A DNA stretch of 64,000 nt from the NCBI GenBank assembly GCA_021399345.1, contig JAAFKI010000112.1, positions 1 to 64,000 of the forward strand, written 5' to 3'. Shown piece after piece: positions 20,522 through 28,181 of this stretch. The stretch's first letter is position 1. Each line of letters begins with the position of its first letter. The notes below the pieces were generated by a model. That model ran no database searches and was not told the origin of the DNA. It worked only from the letters and a program-made list of their open reading frames with translations. The translations under genes and the position numbers were made by a program. Source of the stretch: Candidatus Heimdallarchaeota archaeon. GTDB lineage: Archaea > Asgardarchaeota > Heimdallarchaeia > Heimdallarchaeales > Heimdallarchaeaceae.

Positions 20522-21157
20522 ATGAAAAAACAACAAATAAAGAAAAGGACTCTAATTTGTTCATTTATCTTATTTTCAACATTATTACTAATTACACCTA
20601 TTCACACATTAGCAATACAACCAGAGAATGTTGATGTGACTATAAGGATTGCAGATTTTGACACTCTTTATAAAGATAAGGATGTGACTTCCGCTGGAGA
20701 CGTTTATTTTAAGATAATACATGATACAGGAACAGAAGAATCAGGTACAGCTTGGAATGACTATGAAGACGAAGGCGATTATGATTTATCTAATACTGAT
20801 TTTGATGGAAATGGATATTATGATGAACAATACTGGAATGTTGATTTGGATACTGGAGATCTTACATGGATCATAGAAGTTTGGGATGAAGACAATGTCG
20901 GAGGAGATGATCTATTATTTAGAGGTACTTTAACAATAAAAGATCCAGGGACATCAGGATCCCATTCAAATGATAATGTTATTGCTTATGACGAGTGGAT
21001 TTGGAGTGTGTACCTACAAGAGTTAATACCTTGGGGATTTACTACTAATACTGATTATCTGCGCTTTCAATGGGATGATGGTCCTCATAAACAGACTTCA
21101 ACTTGGAAAATATCTAATGGATTAATATTATGGATATCACTCTACTACTCAATTTAG
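20522..21157 (+). CDS. Secreted acidic protein with C2-like Ca2+-binding domain
   Basis: Signal peptide; KDVTSAGDVYFKI and IIEVWDEDNVGGDDLL match C2 loops 1 and 3; DFDGNG motif. Confidence 0.6.
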   Translation: MKKQQIKKRTLICSFILFSTLLLITPIHTLAIQPENVDVTIRIADFDTLYKDKDVTSAGDVYFKIIHDTGTEESGTAWNDYEDEGDYDLSNTDFDGNGYYDEQYWNVDLDTGDLTWIIEVWDEDNVGGDDLLFRGTLTIKDPGTSGSHSNDNVIAYDEWIWSVYLQELIPWGFTTNTDYLRFQWDDGPHKQTSTWKISNGLILWISLYYSI

Positions 21158-21282
21158 AAATTAATGCTTTATGGTTTGATTGGTCAAATCATAAATTTTT
21201 TTAAAATTTGATAGAATTTAAAAAGAACTATTTAAATTAAGAAAACTTAAAGTATTGATTTAACAATTAAGGATTTGAGATA

Positions 21283-23985
21283 ATGAAGTGGAATAAATTA
21301 AAGATATCAGTTCTTTTGTTCTTACCGTTATTATTTTCAAGCGTTACTACTTATATTGTCTATTCAGGTCATTTTAACAACTATCATGAGCATTTTAATA
21401 TATTAATGACAGAAACTTTTCCTGATTATTCCTTTTTAATTGAAGATGAACTAAGTCTACTTGATCCTGATTTTGATGTGAACACTTTTCTCAACCAGTT
21501 CAAACTAGAATCTGTTGTGTATATTGGACGTTTAAGGTGTGAATTAGTGATTAATTCAAGCATCTATGACACTGTGGTTTTTTGGGCACCAGAAGAATAT
21601 TATTTAGAGCATAGTAAGGTAGCTATTGGAGAAAATGAAATTTTGATGGATGAGTCACTCTCAATATTGGAAAATATTGAAGTAAATTTCGATCTTTCTT
21701 TAAACTTCAGTTATGCTAGTAACAATATAACAATATCAACCCAAGTAGGGAATTTTGTTGATTTTGAAGATGTCTTAACTAGTAGAGTTGTTTCACGAAG
21801 TTGGTCCAGATCAGAAGGGGAAAAATACTTGTTTCTTTTATCAGAAACTTTTGAAGATTTGTTTGGTGATTTCTTTGAAAATCTCACGATTCAGTATCTT
21901 CCGTTATTCGAATTTTCAGAAGCTATCATTAGTTCATATTTACCTCACAAATTAGACGACTTCTTGGTTGAGAGAAGGATTGAGCTAGATTCTTACTTTG
22001 ATTATACATATGATAGCACTAATAGTTATGAGAGGAACTTAAGAACAAATTCACTGGAATGGCATCTATCCAATTTTAATGACAACTTCAAGGAATATAC
22101 TTGGTCTCGTGTTGCAGTGTTTTATATAATCTGTTTTGGTATTAGTGCAGTTGTCATAACTAATACTTCTCGGGGATTTTTCAAATCACAAAAAGAACGA
22201 ATAGAATTTTACTATTTAAGAGGGAGCAAAAAATCTGATTTGCTTTATGATTTCTTAAAACTTGAAACTAAATTGGCATTTTATGTCTTGTTAGGCGGAT
22301 TCTTGGTATCAACTCTTATTATGGGAGTTTTACAGCCAAAATTGTTAGCTTCTACTTATAACCATGTATTGAATCTGTTGGTAAATTGTATAACAGCAAT
22401 TATTTATTGTTCCATACAATTCGTAGTATCAGCTGATAGTCTATCAATGATTTACAGAAGAAATGAGAAGAAGGAGAAATTTTTACTTAATAAGATAATC
22501 ATTGCATTTAAAAACGGATTACAATGGATTATTCTTTGCATAGCTTTAGCAGTATCATTATACCTTTACCTTTTTACCGGTATAGAGAAAGTGGAGAAGA
22601 GTGCAGTTTTTTTATATATTTTTACCTTGGTTATTGCCTTAATCTTACTTCTTGTAATCTCAAAAAGAACAATCGTATGGATAGGAGAAAAATTCATTTC
22701 ACTTCTGAACAGTCTCTCTTCTATAAGCAAATATACTCTAAAAGTATCAAAGAAAGTAATTAGAGTTAATTCTCTGGTAATTCAGATGTTAATCCTATTT
22801 GGTTTTATATGTTCCTTTTTTGTAGTAGGTTTAGATACAATCAACCATTACAATTACATCAATCAACAAAATAATGCAATTGGTGAAATAATTATAAATT
22901 ATCCTGAAGAAAATGCAGAATTGGTTAAAACTCAGTTAGCTAATTTTACTGCACAATATTTTGAAATTGAATATGTTGTATCTCCGCTGGATTTTGTAAT
23001 TGATGTTAATACAAGTATTGCTAGTGGATTGACAGTTTTTCTCCTGAATAGTAGCACGATAGCACAATTTTTCAATTCTGATATTGTCAAAAAGAAATAC
23101 TCAGGCTCTTATGAACCTACTCAGTTGGTTACAGATTTAAATACGGATTGGAACCTGTCAATAATTAATCGTGCTTATGCTGATCAAGCTACTATTCAAC
23201 TTGGTGAAACAACAGAACTTCCTCTCCCAATAATAGTTGATCCATGGGTTTATCCAGAAGATTTGTATAATATTACAATATTAGATATTGTAGAGTTTGT
23301 ACCATTTTTTTCAGGAATTTCACAAGAAAAACCTTTTGTACTTTTGAACAAGGAAATAACTCAAAATAGAACAAAAATAGATGTCATCTCACTGTACCAA
23401 ATTCTTTGGCTTAATGAGAATAGTTCTGTGGAAAACCTTGAAGAATACATACTAGATATAAATAGAGAATTTAATCTCGGAATAGAGATTTATAATCTAG
23501 ATGAGAAAAGCCTATTCACTGATGAATATTGGCTTCCTAATGTTTTACAGACACTAATTTTATCTCTTTTTACAGTTTTAATGATATGTTTAATTTTCCT
23601 CTTTTTTGTTTTCTATGTGGATGTCATTAGATTTCAAATTCATAATTTTCGAACATTCTTTGCACGAGGTTTATCTATAAAGAAAGGTATCATTTATTCA
23701 GTTCTTCCAGTTTTTCTATTTACTTTAGGTTACATAATATTTGGATTTGTATTAGGTGTATCTTTACTGTCAATTGTACTTACAACTATACAACCTGAAT
23801 ACTATCTGAGAATACCTGTTGCTATTTTTCCATATTCTTTTCTTGTGTTTATAGGTCAAATAACTCTTTTGTGTTGTGCATTGTTTCTAGCAAGTTTAAT
23901 TTCTTATAAGAAACTACAGCAACAAATACCCACAATAGATAGAATTGTTTTCACAGTTTTCAAGGATGAAGGAGGTATTATATGA
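21283..23985 (+). CDS. FtsX/MacB-like ABC permease (duplicated architecture)
   Basis: Two large extracytoplasmic domains, each followed by TM clusters with YYLRGSKKS and FARGLSIKK coupling motifs. Confidence 0.75.
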   Translation: MKWNKLKISVLLFLPLLFSSVTTYIVYSGHFNNYHEHFNILMTETFPDYSFLIEDELSLLDPDFDVNTFLNQFKLESVVYIGRLRCELVINSSIYDTVVFWAPEEYYLEHSKVAIGENEILMDESLSILENIEVNFDLSLNFSYASNNITISTQVGNFVDFEDVLTSRVVSRSWSRSEGEKYLFLLSETFEDLFGDFFENLTIQYLPLFEFSEAIISSYLPHKLDDFLVERRIELDSYFDYTYDSTNSYERNLRTNSLEWHLSNFNDNFKEYTWSRVAVFYIICFGISAVVITNTSRGFFKSQKERIEFYYLRGSKKSDLLYDFLKLETKLAFYVLLGGFLVSTLIMGVLQPKLLASTYNHVLNLLVNCITAIIYCSIQFVVSADSLSMIYRRNEKKEKFLLNKIIIAFKNGLQWIILCIALAVSLYLYLFTGIEKVEKSAVFLYIFTLVIALILLLVISKRTIVWIGEKFISLLNSLSSISKYTLKVSKKVIRVNSLVIQMLILFGFICSFFVVGLDTINHYNYINQQNNAIGEIIINYPEENAELVKTQLANFTAQYFEIEYVVSPLDFVIDVNTSIASGLTVFLLNSSTIAQFFNSDIVKKKYSGSYEPTQLVTDLNTDWNLSIINRAYADQATIQLGETTELPLPIIVDPWVYPEDLYNITILDIVEFVPFFSGISQEKPFVLLNKEITQNRTKIDVISLYQILWLNENSSVENLEEYILDINREFNLGIEIYNLDEKSLFTDEYWLPNVLQTLILSLFTVLMICLIFLFFVFYVDVIRFQIHNFRTFFARGLSIKKGIIYSVLPVFLFTLGYIIFGFVLGVSLLSIVLTTIQPEYYLRIPVAIFPYSFLVFIGQITLLCCALFLASLISYKKLQQQIPTIDRIVFTVFKDEGGII

Positions 23986-24025
23986 AAAAAAACTCGATAA
24001 ATATAGTAATTCAGGAGAGAAAAGT

Positions 24026-24712
24026 ATGAGTAGAAGGAAAAGTACTATTATTGAAATTTCTAACTTAGTTCATATCTACAAGGGTAAGATCGAAACTACA
24101 GCTTTAGCAGGTGTTAATCTTTCCGTCAAAAAAGGAGAACGCTTGGTTATTAGAGGAAAATCAGGAATTGGTAAAACAACATTACTACACTGTATTGCAG
24201 GAATACTTCGACCTACTGAAGGTAGAATTCTTGTAGACAATCAAGAAATTCTTCAGTATAACGAAAATCAACTAGCTGACTACAGATGTAAAACTGTAGG
24301 TTTAATCTATCAGTCTTACAATTTAGCGCAGTTCCTAACTGTTAAAGAAAATATAGAATTTCCTATGTTATTGGTAAAAACACCACAAGAAAAAAGAGAA
24401 AAACGTATTGAAGAGCTAACAGAATTTCTAGAAATTAGTAGATACCTTGAGCAAAAACCTGAATTCTTGAGTGGAGGGGAACAACAACGAGTTGCGATTG
24501 CGATTGCTTTAGCAAATAATCCTCCCATAATATTAGCAGATGAACCCACAGGTAATATTGATGTAGAAACTGCAGAAATAGTTTACACCAATTTATCTCA
24601 TATGTGTCAAATCTATAACACAACCCTTGTGATAGCATCACATGATCCTGAAGCTTCAAAATATACAGAAAGAGAGGTAATTCTAACAAGATTAGAATCG
24701 AAAAAAAGATAA
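24026..24712 (+). CDS. ABC transporter ATP-binding protein (LolD/MacB-like)
   Basis: [28 protein letters not shown]; start moved to MSRRK. Confidence 0.93.
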   Translation: MSRRKSTIIEISNLVHIYKGKIETTALAGVNLSVKKGERLVIRGKSGIGKTTLLHCIAGILRPTEGRILVDNQEILQYNENQLADYRCKTVGLIYQSYNLAQFLTVKENIEFPMLLVKTPQEKREKRIEELTEFLEISRYLEQKPEFLSGGEQQRVAIAIALANNPPIILADEPTGNIDVETAEIVYTNLSHMCQIYNTTLVIASHDPEASKYTEREVILTRLESKKR

Positions 24713-24716
24713 AAAA

Positions 24717-25148
24717 ATGAAGATTAGTAGAAGAAAGAAACTTATCGAATATAGAAAAGTCTGGGATGAATTTGCAGATTGGACTGCAGAAAGTTTTCAA
24801 GCAAATAAACTTGCTTGGCATAATGGAGTACAGATAGGAGAGGGAATGAGATTCAGATACCATTTAGGTAAATGGCAATTTATGGATGACAGTGGAAATT
24901 GGAATGATGCTCTATTGGGAACAGCTGCAAGATGTGCACAGTCTGGACCAAATTCATTGAATATATATCAAGATGTATTTGGAGCATCAGGAAGGGGTGG
25001 TATGAACATCTTTCCATGTCATAATGGTTTATTCCAGTATTATGTAGACAAAATAATCAATGAATTTTGCAGGTTGATACTAAACAAACCAGAAAGTAAA
25101 AAAATAGGAGATATAATAGACTATATTTTAACGAATTGGAGTTTCTAA
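24717..25148 (+). CDS. Hypothetical Trp/Gly-rich protein
   Basis: 143 aa ORF starting 4 bp after the ABC ATPase; no recognised family. Confidence 0.5.
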   Translation: MKISRRKKLIEYRKVWDEFADWTAESFQANKLAWHNGVQIGEGMRFRYHLGKWQFMDDSGNWNDALLGTAARCAQSGPNSLNIYQDVFGASGRGGMNIFPCHNGLFQYYVDKIINEFCRLILNKPESKKIGDIIDYILTNWSF

Positions 25149-25166
25149 AAATAATAAAAAGTAGGG

Positions 25167-26858
25167 TTAGTTCAACCCTATAATATCTCCATCTTCTGTA
25201 TAGTCCATCCTGTTAGCAGCAGGAACGGGAGGTAGTCCAGGTAACAAGAACATGCTTCCACAAACAGGAACTATAAATTTAGCACCTGTATAAAGACGAA
25301 CTTCGTCTACATTCAAAGTCCAGCCTTTTGGAGCACCCATTAAACCAATTTTATCAGAAAGACTAAGTTGGGTCTTAGCCATACAGAGAGGAAAATCAGA
25401 AAAACCTAGAGTTTCAATAACTTTGATGTCTTGATCAGCTTGAGGAGAATACTCAACATCTTTAGCACCATAGATCTTGGTAGCGATTTTTTCAATCTTG
25501 GTTTTAATAGAATCGGAGAATTCATAAGCAAATTTGACATCGCCAGAACCTTTTTCGATGGCAGCAAGAACGGCTTCAGCGAGGTCGAGACCACCCTCAC
25601 CACCTTTCATGAAAACTTCACTTTCAGCAGCAGTGACGCCAAGAGATTCGCATTTCTGTTTGATCCAAGCCATTTCTTCATCATTGTCGAAGGGGAAGCG
25701 GTTAATAGCAACAACAGGAGGGATGTTGAAGACATTGAGCATATTGTCGAGATGTTTTTCGACATTTTCGAAACCTTTGGCAAGAGCGTCGAGGTTCTTT
25801 TCTTTGGCTTGATCCAAATCTTTGATTCCACCATGGAGCTTGAGAGCTCTTGCAGTAACAACGAGAACAACAGCATTGGGGAGAGTGTCATACTGGCGAG
25901 CGACAATGTCAACGAATTTTTCGAAACCTAAGTCAGCAGCAAAACCGCCTTCAGTAATGGTATAATCAGCCAATTTGAGAGCGAGCTTGGTGCCGATGAT
26001 GCTAGAATTGCCGTGGGCAACGTTCGCGAAGGGTCCTGCGTGAATGAATCCTGGTACTCCTTCAAAGTTTTGCACTAGGTTTGGTTTTATTGCATCTTTC
26101 AGTATTAGTGTCATAGCTCCTACTGCTTCAATATCCTTTGCGAATACTGGTTTATCATCATAAGTATATCCTAATAGAATACTTCCTAACCTTTCTTTTA
26201 GTTCTCCCACATCAGCCGATAGAGCTAAAATAGCCATTATTTCTGAAGCTGCTGTGATAACAAAACCTGTGTTTAGGATGTCACCACCCATTCTTCTTCC
26301 ACCAAGTCCAGTAATGATATTTCTTAATGCTCTATCATTCATATCTATTGTTCTTGGCCAAGTTACTTTGGTTGGATCAATATTACACTTATTTCCTTTT
26401 GTCAAATGATTATCAAGCAAAGCTGCAAGTAAATTATGAGCAGAAGTAATTGCATGTATATCTCCTGTAAAGTGCAGATTTATGTCCCACATTGGAAACA
26501 CTTGAGAGTATCCACCACCTGTAGCTCCTCCTTTTATTCCAAAAGTTGGTCCCATACTTGGTTCTCTTAATGCAAACATTACACTTTTGCCTATCTTTTG
26601 CATTGCTTGAGATAGACCTATTGTGGTAACTGTCTTTCCTTCACCAGCTCTTGAAGCAGTCATTGCTGTAACTGCAATTAGTTTTCCATTTGGTTTTTCA
26701 GAATTTAGTATCTTTAGCATGGTTTGATAGTTTATTTTTGCTACATACTTTCCAAATTGCTCTAGGTCATCTTCTTCTAGACCTACTTTTGCAGCAATTT
26801 CTCTAATGTTTTTCATATCTTTTGCTTTTTCTTGAGCAATTTCAATGTCTTTCTTCAT
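25167..26858 (-). CDS. fhs: Formate--tetrahydrofolate ligase
   Basis: GEGKTVTT, LREPSMGP, GGGYSQV, HFTGD, GPFANVAHG, CMAKTQ, PGLP motifs. Confidence 0.97.
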   Translation of the reverse strand: MKKDIEIAQEKAKDMKNIREIAAKVGLEEDDLEQFGKYVAKINYQTMLKILNSEKPNGKLIAVTAMTASRAGEGKTVTTIGLSQAMQKIGKSVMFALREPSMGPTFGIKGGATGGGYSQVFPMWDINLHFTGDIHAITSAHNLLAALLDNHLTKGNKCNIDPTKVTWPRTIDMNDRALRNIITGLGGRRMGGDILNTGFVITAASEIMAILALSADVGELKERLGSILLGYTYDDKPVFAKDIEAVGAMTLILKDAIKPNLVQNFEGVPGFIHAGPFANVAHGNSSIIGTKLALKLADYTITEGGFAADLGFEKFVDIVARQYDTLPNAVVLVVTARALKLHGGIKDLDQAKEKNLDALAKGFENVEKHLDNMLNVFNIPPVVAINRFPFDNDEEMAWIKQKCESLGVTAAESEVFMKGGEGGLDLAEAVLAAIEKGSGDVKFAYEFSDSIKTKIEKIATKIYGAKDVEYSPQADQDIKVIETLGFSDFPLCMAKTQLSLSDKIGLMGAPKGWTLNVDEVRLYTGAKFIVPVCGSMFLLPGLPPVPAANRMDYTEDGDIIGLN

Positions 26859-27155
26859 TATAATCATCATCTAAGATTGTTAGTTGAACCCCCTTTCTGA
26901 GTTTCAATTAAAAAATATTTGGATGTAGTAATAATACTGGTTTCAACAATCTTGTTCCGTTAAAACCATATTTAAAGAAAATTTATTTGCTAAATCATAT
27001 AACAGAATTCAGATAATCAGATTACTCACTATTTTAATAGCAAAAACCCTTTTCTAATAATTTTTTCTGATAGAATGTTGTCAAATAGATACGTTCTAAA
27101 ATGTCCATATCCCTTGAAGCATAGAATTCAAAATCATAGAGTAGTGTATATTTTA

Positions 27156-28133
27156 ATGAGATGCGAACACCCACAATGTAATGTTGATGCTGACATACTT
27201 TTCTATTGTAGATTCTGTAGGGGGTCATTCTGTCAAAACCACAGAGATTCGCAAAATCACAATTGTCCTTCAGTAAATCAAAGAACAGGTACAGCTCCTG
27301 GTGCACCTCAAAGTTCTGTTACACCTGCTGAAGCTATGCGACGATTTGCCCATAGCGTCGCTCAAGCTGCTCAACAATCTCAACAATCTAAACAATCTAA
27401 ACAATCTCAACAATCACAACCTGCACCTAAGTACTTTGATGATGAAAAAAGTAAGAAAAAATTCATTGAAAAACGTCTTACCGAATCTGGACAACTTTTT
27501 ACATTTGGTAATGAAATATTGGACATTCTTTTCGGTTTTGCTCTAATTGTGCTTGTTTTTGGTCTCTTTCAATATCTAGCTGGTTCAACAGATATTTGGT
27601 GGTGGGGATTTGTAGTCTCCATTGCCTTAGTTGGCACTGCTTTCCTACCTCATGAACTAGCTCATAAGTTTGTAGCCATAAGAAAAGGTCAATATGCTAG
27701 ATACATCCTTTGGGTAAGGGGATTGATGTTTACTCTATTAACAATGGTAATCGGTATAGGTCTAATCGTTCCTGGTTTTGTTGCTATTGTTCCGATGAGC
27801 AGACAAATGGACAAAAGGGATCTAGGATTGGTTGCTTTTGCTGGACCTTTTACAAATGCGATAATAGGATTTGTTAGCTTGATTTTTGGTTTCTTGACTC
27901 ATTTTGGTGCTATAGCTTTACCTCCTCTTTTAGCAAGTCCAAATATCTTTATCCTAGTTGCTCAGTTTAATGGATTAATTGCTCTCTTCAATTGCATACC
28001 AGTCTGGCAACTTGATGGCAAGAAAATATTGAATTGGAGTAAAGTCGCATATTTTGCACTAATCGCCGCTAATCTGGCACTAGTCATACCTGCGTTCATA
28101 ATCAATCCCTCCTTTCTTTCAGGAGGATCATGA
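27156..28133 (+). CDS. AN1-type zinc finger plus site-2 protease (M50) membrane peptidase
   Basis: C..PQC...C.FC...FC..H....H.C; HELAH, AGP, NCIPVWQLDG. Confidence 0.88.
   Translation: MRCEHPQCNVDADILFYCRFCRGSFCQNHRDSQNHNCPSVNQRTGTAPGAPQSSVTPAEAMRRFAHSVAQAAQQSQQSKQSKQSQQSQPAPKYFDDEKSKKKFIEKRLTESGQLFTFGNEILDILFGFALIVLVFGLFQYLAGSTDIWWWGFVVSIALVGTAFLPHELAHKFVAIRKGQYARYILWVRGLMFTLLTMVIGIGLIVPGFVAIVPMSRQMDKRDLGLVAFAGPFTNAIIGFVSLIFGFLTHFGAIALPPLLASPNIFILVAQFNGLIALFNCIPVWQLDGKKILNWSKVAYFALIAANLALVIPAFIINPSFLSGGS
27372..27416 (+). repeat. Five in-frame 9-bp tandem repeats (C/A)AACAATC(T/A) encoding QQS/KQS
   Basis: Seen directly in the linker of the M50 peptidase. Confidence 0.9.
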
Positions 28134-28181
28134 CTTATCTAAAATTGAGATTTTGTAAGACAAGCTTTTCTGATTTTAGTT

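Larger units (their letters stand above)
19445..26033. repeat. Diverged 867-bp direct repeat (19445-20311 and 25167-26033) flanking a cargo region
   Basis: Both copies are 867 bp and collinear; an identical internal tract of about 68 bp (GGGAAGCGGTTAATAGC...GATGTTTTTC) but heavy divergence near the junction. Confidence 0.93.
20312..26033. mobile_element. Putative integrated cassette in fhs carrying a replacement 3' half; no integrase encoded
   Basis: Bounded by a shared AAGGGT (20307-20312 and 26029-26034); four cargo genes on the strand opposite to fhs. Confidence 0.6.
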
